64,000 nt of DNA from Planctomycetota bacterium (GTDB lineage Bacteria; Planctomycetota; PLA2; JAEUHO01): the NCBI GenBank assembly GCA_965222115.1, contig CBDCTJ010000001.1, positions 192,001 through 256,000 on the forward strand. The letters are read 5' to 3'. The translations under genes and the position numbers were made by a program. The notes below the pieces were generated by a model. The model searched no databases, was not told where the DNA came from, and saw only the letters and a program-made list of their open reading frames with translations. Positions 56,545 through 64,000 of this stretch are shown piece by piece (the stretch's first letter is position 1; each line of letters begins with the position of its first letter).

Positions 56545-58920
56545 ATGGCACGAACCACATCCACGGCGTCGGCGAGGCGCAAATCTGCACGCTCCAAAGC
56601 CGCGAAAAGAGCGGCCACGGTAGATGCATCCGCAGGTTCGCTCACGCTTGAGTTCTTGGGCGTAGCGCTCTTCTTGGGATCGGTCCTGTTGCTGGGGGCC
56701 TTGTTCACTTTCGCGCCCGAGGGCGCGCGCGGTGGCATGGTCAACGTCACCGGCCCGGCCGGTCGCGCCGTTGCATCCGCACTCTTAGGTTCGCTCGGTG
56801 CGGGCGCCTGGCTCTTCCCCCTCTTTATCCTTGGTTGGTCTCTCCAATGCTTGCGCGGCGTTCGGCCCAAATCGTGGTCACGCAAAGTCATGTTGTTGCC
56901 GCTCCTTATGGCCCTCACCGCCATTACCGCAGCACTACTCTTTCGCAACATTCCCCTACCTGGCGTGGAACGGTATGGCCCCGGTGGATTCTTCGGACTC
57001 GCGATCGGCACAGCGCTCTTTGGTGCATTCGGAAAGGGCGCTGGGCTCCTTGTGTTTACAGCGGCATCTATGATAGCTCTATGGATGACGGATATACGCT
57101 TTGAAGACGCAGTTGCGCGTGCCATGACATGGTTTGGCATCGATCCGCGCGCGAAGCCGAAGAAGAAGCGCAAGAAGAAGACTGGCGACGAGGAATGGGA
57201 CGAAGATGAGGGTGATTGGGAATACGAAGACGACGACGAAGCGTGGGAAGACGAGGAAGGGTACGACGACGAAGAGGAGTGGGAGGACGAAGAGGACAAC
57301 TCCCCCGATCCACAAGCCGTAGCTCCCGCCCCTCGTCCAACACCGCGGAAGATTCGCCCCAAACCTGCCAAGAAGCGCCCCAAGCAGCGCGGTGCCTACG
57401 TACCACCCCCATTGGATCTGCTGCAACCCGGCGAGTTGACCGATCCCGAATCCGTCAAAGACGAAGTCGCCATGAACGCCGAAAAGTTGGAAGCGGCATT
57501 GGCTTCGTTTCGCATTGAAGCCAAGGTCGAGTCGTCGCTGCGCGGTCCGGTCATCACATTTTATGAAATCCGAGTGCCCTCGGGCGTCAAACTCGGCAAG
57601 ATTCGCGCGCTCTCCGAGGACTTGGCCGTGGCGCTCAAGGCGCGCAGCGTGCGCATGGTGGCGCCTATTCCCGGCAAAGACACCATCGGCATTGAAGTCC
57701 CCAATATGGAACGCGATAGCGTTGCGCTGCGCGATCTCTTGGAAGAAGTCGGGGCGCGCACCGACCACAAGCAAGTACCGATTCTCCTTGGTCGCGACAC
57801 CGCAGGCCGCCCGATTATTGAGGATCTCACGCGCATGCCCCACTGCTTGATCGCAGGTGCCACCGGCTCGGGTAAGAGCGTCTGCATCAACTCGGTGCTG
57901 CTATCGATTCTCTACACACGCGGACCCGATGAAGTCAATCTCATCTTGGTTGACCCCAAACAGGTTGAACTCTCGTGTTACGAAGGGGTCCCGCACCTGC
58001 TCACCCACGTCGTGACCGAAAGCCGGCGCGCCGCCAAGATTCTCGACTGGGCCGTGGATCGCATGGAAGAGCGCTACTCAAGCTTGCTCGCGTGCAAGGT
58101 GCGAAACATCAACGGATACAACAAACTGCCAAAGGCCAAGAAGGCCGCCGTTCGCGAACGTCTGGATGTAGACGAAGAAGCTCTGCCCGACAAGATGCCG
58201 TTTATCGTCATCGTGGTTGATGAACTGGCAGACTTGATCCTCACAGGCGGCAAGGAAGTCGAACTCGCCATTACGCGCCTCGCTCAAAAGAGTCGCGCGG
58301 TGGGCATTCACATGATCCTGGCCACGCAACGTCCCTCAACGAACGTCATCACCGGCCTCATTAAGGCCAACATGCCCACGCGCATTGCCTTCACCGTAAG
58401 CAGCAAGATCGATTCACGCGTAGTACTTGATCAGAATGGCGCCGAAAACTTGCTTGGCATGGGTGACTTGCTCTTCATGAGTCCGCGCAGCCTTTCGCTC
58501 GTTCGTGCCCAGGGCGCACTTGCCAGTGACGAAGAAGTGCTCGACACCGTGGATCATCTCAAGGAAAAGTATCCCGAGATCGAGTACGACGACATTCTGC
58601 GCGTCAATAGCGAAGGTCTTGGCGATCCCATGAAGGTTGACGAGATCTACAACGAGGCCGTGCGACTTGTGCTTACCAAGAACCAGGCCAGCGCCACCAT
58701 GCTCCGCAGCATGTTCGGCCTTGGTCACACGCGCGCTACGCGTTTGATTGCGCTCATGGAGCAACACGGCGTCGTAGGCCCCCACCGCGGCAGCAAAGCG
58801 CGCGAACTTCTTCTCACTCTCGAAGAGTGGGAAGGCATGCAGAACTCGGTAACGGCTGCCGTCAATGCGCAGGGGTATGACTACGACGACCCGCCGTGTG
58901 TGGATGAAAGCTGGGACTAG
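56545..58920 (+). CDS. ftsK: DNA translocase FtsK/SpoIIIE
   Basis: 4TM N-terminus; IAGATGSGKS, VDPK, DELAD, ATQRPS, GAENLLGMGDLL; gamma domain. Confidence 0.95.
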   Translation: MARTTSTASARRKSARSKAAKRAATVDASAGSLTLEFLGVALFLGSVLLLGALFTFAPEGARGGMVNVTGPAGRAVASALLGSLGAGAWLFPLFILGWSLQCLRGVRPKSWSRKVMLLPLLMALTAITAALLFRNIPLPGVERYGPGGFFGLAIGTALFGAFGKGAGLLVFTAASMIALWMTDIRFEDAVARAMTWFGIDPRAKPKKKRKKKTGDEEWDEDEGDWEYEDDDEAWEDEEGYDDEEEWEDEEDNSPDPQAVAPAPRPTPRKIRPKPAKKRPKQRGAYVPPPLDLLQPGELTDPESVKDEVAMNAEKLEAALASFRIEAKVESSLRGPVITFYEIRVPSGVKLGKIRALSEDLAVALKARSVRMVAPIPGKDTIGIEVPNMERDSVALRDLLEEVGARTDHKQVPILLGRDTAGRPIIEDLTRMPHCLIAGATGSGKSVCINSVLLSILYTRGPDEVNLILVDPKQVELSCYEGVPHLLTHVVTESRRAAKILDWAVDRMEERYSSLLACKVRNINGYNKLPKAKKAAVRERLDVDEEALPDKMPFIVIVVDELADLILTGGKEVELAITRLAQKSRAVGIHMILATQRPSTNVITGLIKANMPTRIAFTVSSKIDSRVVLDQNGAENLLGMGDLLFMSPRSLSLVRAQGALASDEEVLDTVDHLKEKYPEIEYDDILRVNSEGLGDPMKVDEIYNEAVRLVLTKNQASATMLRSMFGLGHTRATRLIALMEQHGVVGPHRGSKARELLLTLEEWEGMQNSVTAAVNAQGYDYDDPPCVDESWD

Positions 58921-59156
58921 AGGTGGTTGCATAAGGGTCCGTCGCGAGTGTGCAGAGACCGCAGCGAGAGACGATGGACGAAGAAATTGGACCGCAGGCG
59001 TGGTCTGTTCACGTCGAGGAGCCAATTTCGAACGGACGCGGCTCGCAGCAAGAGGATCTGTACACGCAGCAGGTCCTCTTATGAAACCACCTCTAGCCAC
59101 CGCCTCGGCAATTCAGCTTTATCTGGAGGTCTGCGCTAGCCGATAGGGCCCGCACG

Positions 59157-59681
59157 ATGTCTAGTGGCGCACTCTATCGATCGGGTGAAGAAGTCCTTGC
59201 CGGTGGCCTCAGCAAGGCGTCACGCATCATTCTTGGTTGCGCGGTCGGATTGATGGGTGTGGGCGTGGCATTGAACGCTTCGAACGCACCCAACCCGACG
59301 CTCACATGGATCTTTGCCGGATTCTGCATGGCCGTGGCGCTCATGTGTGTATTCAACGGCCGCTTGCGACGAGCCATAGGGCGCATCGTCGCTGCCACGA
59401 TCTTCGTAACGTGCGTATGGTACGTCATCGACTGTGCGTACACAGAACCCGTATCCAGCGGCTCGCGCTCCCAACCAAGTCTCATGAACGCGGTGCTTTT
59501 GATGCTCTTCGCTGGCATTCCAGCGGCGTACTTCGCGATACGTGGTCGGTTTCGAGACCGCGCCTACCCTCAGGCAGACGATCAATTCGAGTGGCACCAT
59601 GATGACGAATTCGCATCGGATGACGCGCGGATTGAAGCGATGGAAGAGTTGGAACGGCGGGAGGCGGCGAAGAGGGCTTAG
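59157..59681 (+). CDS. Hypothetical four-TM membrane protein
   Basis: Four hydrophobic segments and an acidic tail. Confidence 0.55.
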   Translation: MSSGALYRSGEEVLAGGLSKASRIILGCAVGLMGVGVALNASNAPNPTLTWIFAGFCMAVALMCVFNGRLRRAIGRIVAATIFVTCVWYVIDCAYTEPVSSGSRSQPSLMNAVLLMLFAGIPAAYFAIRGRFRDRAYPQADDQFEWHHDDEFASDDARIEAMEELERREAAKRA

Positions 59682-59821
59682 GGCTGCCCCATTCGGATAG
59701 GGAGGAACCCATGATTTGGGGGATTCTCCCCCAAACCCCATGTCGCCTGCAACCAGTCGCGCTATCTCACGCTTATTTGCTTCGATCGCCTACTTTCCCG
59801 TTTCAAATACCTTCTCATCCT

Positions 59822-59898
59822 CGGGGCGTAGCGCAGCCTGGTAGCGCGCCTGCTTTGGGAGCAGGAAGTCGCTGGTTCGAATCCAGTCGCCCCGACCA
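59822..59898 (+). tRNA. tRNA-Pro(TGG) with encoded CCA
   Basis: CGGGGCG acceptor, CCTGC-TTTGGGA-GCAGG anticodon arm, GGTTCGAATCC, ends ACCA. Confidence 0.96.
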
Positions 59899-59950
59899 AT
59901 CCCTCTGCCAACGTTCCTGTACGAGAGACAACAATACCTCCAATCTACAG

Positions 59951-60529
59951 ACCAGCGACTGGGTTGGGGGATAGCATCGGCGTAAGCCGATGCGTAAGGG
60001 GGCATACATATGCCCCCTTGGCAAATACGCCGCCATACGTGACGATGCGAGCTTTGCGAGCACGCGGCGCGTTGGTTCGAATCCAGTCGCCCCGACCACT
60101 TATCTACGTAGCGTTCTCAAAGTTGCGCTATTACCGTGCCATGCACCCATTCGCTTGGAAGCCGGTTGTCCGCGCGGCGTAGCGCAGCCTGACGTGTCTT
60201 CTAGGGGTATCCCCCAGACCCCCCATGCGCCTGCTTTGGGAGCAGGAAGTCGCTGGTTCGAATCTAGTCCTTCGCGCCCGGTCGATGACGCTAGTCAGCG
60301 AGCAAGAGCCGAGCCGGCGAGGCTCGCGCAGGGCGGGCGACCAATCTTTCGACAACGTTCCTGCACGAACACCAATGAGACTCAAGGGAACCAACCAGCG
60401 ACTGGGTTGGGGGATAGCTTCGGCGTAAGCCGAAGCGTAAGGGGGCATACATATGCCCCTTGAAGTCACGCCGCCATACGTGACGACGCGAGCAAAGCGA
60501 GCGCGCGGCGCGTTGGTTCGAATCCAGTC
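59951..60529 (+). repeat. Two ~137-bp structured direct repeats (59951-60088, 60394-60529), each ending in a tRNA-Pro T-arm
   Basis: Near-identical units; the first continues into an exact 26-nt tRNA 3' end (60073-60098). Confidence 0.85.
60176..60269 (+). pseudogene. Degenerate tRNA-Pro(TGG) copy with a 35-nt insertion in the D-arm and a lost 3' acceptor strand
   Basis: GGCGTAGCGCAGCCTG + insert + GCGCCTGCTTTGGGAGCAGGAAGTCGCTGGTTCGAATCTAGTC. Confidence 0.75.
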
Positions 60530-60704
60530 CTTCGCGCCCGATCGATGACCTTAGTCATCGAGTAAGAGCGTAGCAGGCGGGGCTCGCGCATGGCGGGCGA
60601 CTACTTTGCCCGGTGGTGATATACCGGACACCCGAGCTAAAGGGCGGGAGCAAACTACGGAGAAAGTGAGCCACGGGGCTCGACGCAGATAGGACCACTT
60701 CACT

Positions 60705-61139
60705 ATGCATCTAGAAGTCGAACCGACCGGCACGTCGAAACCCGTTCCTTGCAGTTGCTGCGGACACGAGTCGCAAACAGTGTGGGGGTTCGTACATCAG
60801 GTCGAAGGCACGATTGCTGCCTACTATGTGCAGTGGACGAAGAGGCGGCCACAGGACGGCGCCAGCTTTGATCTCATCTTGGGTCCGTGGGGAGACGAAG
60901 CCTCGTCCGCCGATCGGGTCGCTGTCGCCCTTGAGTATCGTGCCAATGAAGGCAAGCCGGGATTCATGATCATTGATGCAACTACGCGTCCAATCGGATC
61001 AAGTGAACTTGCAGATCGAATACTTAGCCGGGAAGATGTCGTAGGTAGCGAATTGGCAAGCCATGCATTCAATGTCATTGACGCAATTTGGATCCAAGAC
61101 AGACGCATCAAAGAAGTGACGAAGTGGTATGGCTCTTGA
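60705..61139 (+). CDS. Hypothetical protein with N-terminal CSCC motif
   Basis: 144-aa ORF with AGGA RBS and globular composition. Confidence 0.65.
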   Translation: MHLEVEPTGTSKPVPCSCCGHESQTVWGFVHQVEGTIAAYYVQWTKRRPQDGASFDLILGPWGDEASSADRVAVALEYRANEGKPGFMIIDATTRPIGSSELADRILSREDVVGSELASHAFNVIDAIWIQDRRIKEVTKWYGS

Positions 61140-61154
61140 AGTTTGGAACGCTCG

Positions 61155-61607
61155 TCACGAACATTCGACATACGCGGCAATGTTCTTGGCCTGGATGTCC
61201 CAGCCTTCTGTATTCGAACGCAACACGTCTTGTCTCTTCGATTCCGGTATCTGATGGAACCCCGATTCCCGAATCGTGAGCCGCGTGCCGTGCTCCGTGG
61301 GCTCCAGTTGGAACGTCACCAGCATCTTTGCGCTGTCGTCGTATGTCGTGTCGGGGTCAACGGCACTTGGGGGCCATGAAAAGACGAATGCGCGCTCAGA
61401 CTCGATGCGCTCGGTAGTGGATACCCACTTCACGTGTTCGTGGCCCGGAAAGGTCATGGTCCCGGTAGTGGTCGCTCCAACATCAAACGGTCCATCGAAG
61501 CGCACCCGAAACCACGCGCCGAATTCTTCGTGATTCGAAATGGCCCGCCAGACACGCGCGACAGACGCCTTTAGATCAACAACCTTTACGATCTCGTTTG
61601 GGTTCAT
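61155..61607 (-). CDS. SRPBCC/AHSA1-like domain protein
   Basis: ARVWRAI...W...FSW...VTFQL...GTRLTIRESGF...GW pattern. Confidence 0.85.
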   Translation of the reverse strand: MNPNEIVKVVDLKASVARVWRAISNHEEFGAWFRVRFDGPFDVGATTTGTMTFPGHEHVKWVSTTERIESERAFVFSWPPSAVDPDTTYDDSAKMLVTFQLEPTEHGTRLTIRESGFHQIPESKRQDVLRSNTEGWDIQAKNIAAYVECS

Positions 61608-61811
61608 GTGAACTCCGTTGCGTGAAGCGTTTCGGCTCTCACGCTAACTGAGGTTCCACAATCCTGCGAGCAACGTGTGGCCTAGACCAAGCTCGCGCGT
61701 AGTAGGAACTGTCTACGGGATAGATGCGCTTGCTTGGGCACCAAGTTCGGAGCCGACTGGTCTCTAGTGTCTGCAGGTGGGCGCTCCACAAGCGGATTTC
61801 AAGATTCGCCC

Positions 61812-61839
61812 TTGACAGTGATTTACTTATAGGTAAACT
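61812..61839 (+). promoter_or_regulatory. Candidate sigma70 promoter with overlapping palindromic operator for the TA module
   Basis: TTGACA-16 nt-TAAACT; inverted repeat TTTACTTATAGGTAAA at 61822-61837. The -10 lies very close to ATG 61841, so the assignment is tentative. Confidence 0.45.
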
Positions 61840-61840
61840 A

Positions 61841-62190
61841 ATGCAAGACCATCTGTTTTACGCTGGCGCCAGGCGCACCGTTGTGTGTGTTTGTAGGCCA
61901 AATGGCCGGAGCCCTGCGAAGGAGTTTCTAGACAACCTGAACAGGGAGAGACCCAGCGAATTCCGTGGACTAGAGGCTCGCCTCATTTTCATCGCCGAGT
62001 ATGCAGGAACAATTGATCGCGAGAAGTTCAAGAAGCTAAGCTCGACGAAAGGGCTCTGGGAACTGAGATTTAAGGACATTCGATTACTTGTTTCGTTCAG
62101 CGCGGGACGCTGCTGCTGTTGACGCACGGCTTCGTAAAGAAACGCCAGAAAATCGCCGCACGCGAACTCGTAGGTCCGGACTATTCATGA
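61841..62190 (+). pseudogene. RelE/ParE-superfamily (Gp49/HigB-like) toxin, frameshifted near 62089
   Basis: One frame reads GRSPAKEFL...GLWELR...IRLL; the LLLTHGFVKKRQK motif continues in another frame. Confidence 0.75.
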
Positions 62191-62401
62191 AGCGCGCGTC
62201 GATGAGTCTCCAAACTCCCGTCCAGATACCCTTCGCGCTAAGACTTGGCATTGCTCGGCAGCTACAGTTTGTTCTCGCGAAGGATTTGGATTCAAGGTCG
62301 AAGCGGTGGTTCCGAGGCGATGCCAAAAGCATCGTCGAGCGGTTCTCCGCAAAGAGATTGGATTCGAAGACCAGCGAGAACCGCGCGATTCACGCCAATT
62401 C

Positions 62402-62734
62402 ATGAATAGTCCGGGCAATAGCTACCAGGATTATGAACGAATGGCTACAAGCAAACGAGAAGCACTAAGCAGGGGATTATGCAAGATCCGGTCCCTCGAG
62501 TTTGAGCTGGAGTGGGCTTGGCTTCACATTACAGAGGCCCTCTTAGCTGAAATGGAAGCGCAAGGCGTGAACCGCACAGAGTTGGCCCGCCGAGTTGGTA
62601 AGAGCAAACCTTGGGTCACCAAGGTGCTCTCACTGGAGAGCAATCCAACGCTGAAATCGCTCGTGATTCTGGCTCGTGCGCTTGGACTGCGATGGGAGGT
62701 GCATCTTGCGTCACCCGGCAAACCATCGCGTTGA
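62402..62734 (+). CDS. XRE-family HTH antitoxin (HigA-like)
   Basis: GVNRTELARRVGKSKPWVTKVL...NPTLKSLVILARALG. Confidence 0.8.
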   Translation: MNSPGNSYQDYERMATSKREALSRGLCKIRSLEFELEWAWLHITEALLAEMEAQGVNRTELARRVGKSKPWVTKVLSLESNPTLKSLVILARALGLRWEVHLASPGKPSR

Positions 62735-62817
62735 CCGCGACACGAATGGGTCCGCTGAAACGCTATACGGCGTTAGCGTTTCGCTTCCGAGGCCGTTTTC
62801 TCCCCTACCATAGATGA

Positions 62818-63042
62818 AGTGTCCTCCACTCTCAAACCTTCAGTTTCGAGCCCTTCAAACGCGCATCGCGGCGTTGTGCGAGGTGCAATGCCGTCGTACT
62901 TAGTACGAGCAAGGGCTTATATTCGGAGATTCACTCGTTCTTGTGTGTATTCACGTATGGAACCTGGTGGCTCCTTTGGAAGATCTTCACCAAACTGAGA
63001 ATCTGCGGCCATCGGTGCCCGAATTGCGGTGGTCGGGCTTAG
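62818..63042 (+). pseudogene. LITAF-like zinc-ribbon membrane protein frame lacking an in-frame start
   Basis: Manual translation: RRCARCNAVV...HSFLCVFTYGTWWLLWKIF...HRCPNCGGRA*. Confidence 0.45.
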
Positions 63043-63066
63043 ACGCTTGAATGAACAAGTCTCTGC

Positions 63067-63885
63067 CTATTTCTTCTTACGCTCCTTCGCAAGCTGAAGC
63101 TCAAGCGCACGAATCATGGCGTCCACATCGGGTCCTTGATTGCCACGAAACGCGATCTTCCCATCGGACCCGACGACGTAAAGACGATTGGGGTAGGCTC
63201 CATAGGCGATGCCCGCGGAGTCCGCCATGTCATCGACAAGTACGGGAATCGTGAACTTTGCGGTTTTGATGCACGCACTCGCGGTAGCCACGCGTTCCTT
63301 GAACGTTTTGGGATCCTTTAGCTTTACGACGCCGCTCGACGTGGGCGCTGCGCTCCAGCCGTCCGTGGGATGGGCTTCGCGAATGTAGATGAAGTAGAAA
63401 TCAGCGGATTTCTTGAAGCGCCGATAGATCCCTTGCAGGCGAACTGCCTGACTCATAAACGGGCCTCAGGTGTAGGAACCAAACATCAATACGGTCGGTC
63501 GTTTGGGTTTGGACAGATCGACACTTCCCGAGCCGTCCAGTTTCGCAACCCACACTTGAGGCGCTGCGTCACCTACTTTTCGCGCCACAACCTTGTAGAT
63601 CTTACGCGTCTTGTTTAGTTGCTGAGCGAACGCCGCCGCCCACTCCTTGACATCCAGCTTGCCGTCGCGGTTGGTATCGGCGATTTTGTAGAAATTAATC
63701 CACTCTTGCAACGACACATCGCCATCGCCATCCGTGTCGAGATCGGGATCGTCCGGAGGGACCATAGGCCCACGCGGAGCGACGGGGGGCCCATTTGTCT
63801 TTCCGGGAGCGGGCGCTTTGGGATCATCGGCCATGACCGGCAACACAAGCATGAGCACAACGAAGAGGGAGATTGCGTACTTCAC
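63067..63885 (-). CDS. Secreted EF-hand + iodothyronine deiodinase-like selenoprotein (UGA=Sec at 63466-63468), 272 aa
   Basis: Two ORFs joined in frame across TGA: FGSYT-U-GPF...IYIREAHPTDGW...DDM...YGAYPNRLYVVG.DG; two EF-hand loops; signal peptide. Confidence 0.85.
63436..63450 (-). promoter_or_regulatory. Candidate bacterial SECIS hairpin
   Basis: CAGGC-AGUUC-GCCUG starting 15 nt after the UGA, with G in the second loop position. Confidence 0.55.
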
Positions 63886-64000
63886 GGTTCTTTAGTAATC
63901 GCAAATCGAGGTCGATGTGGGAGATTCACTATCGCGGTGACGGAACGCGGATGCAGTCGTGACAATCACTGCAAATCAGCGTGACTTCCGTACCGAGTCT

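Noticed and set aside
59822-60570. CRISPR array or intact prophage/ICE attachment site
   Set aside because: The repeats are long, few and tRNA-derived, with no regular spacers, and no cas, integrase or phage genes are in the window.

Overview
Bacterial chromosomal window of about 60% GC (by eye), probably Planctomycetota-like given the FHA/Ser-Thr kinases, HEAT-VWA proteins, split cytochrome b and multiheme bc complex (inference). Left to right: (1) a Wzy-type polysaccharide locus (GT4, acetyltransferase, wzc, wza, amber-interrupted polymerase/ligase, VanZ, WecA). (2) Next to it, a twin lasso-peptide cluster: two small precursors, two Cys-less AsnB-like cyclases, a nucleotidyltransferase and a GT2, but no leader peptidase or RRE. 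(3) An FHA-GAF sigma54 activator, an HTH-ParA and waaF. (4) A ~16 kb respiratory gene cluster: Rieske/cyt b6/subunit IV, an octaheme cytochrome c, a cupredoxin-like lipoprotein and a cbb3 oxidase with a triheme CcoO and maturation genes. (5) A DAHP synthase, two Ser/Thr kinases and a HEAT-VWA protein. (6) A translationally coupled SET-domain methyltransferase / Pls-type membrane NRPS / PPTase operon. (7) Housekeeping genes tpiA-secG-yicC-gmk-rpoZ-coaC, a short-arm tRNA-Leu and ftsK. (8) tRNA-Pro followed by tRNA-derived structured repeats, a frameshifted toxin-antitoxin module and a UGA-containing, EF-hand deiodinase-like selenoprotein. The best candidates for new biology are the SET-Pls-PPTase operon and the B-protein-less twin lasso cluster. 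All family calls come from motif recognition; no database searches were run.
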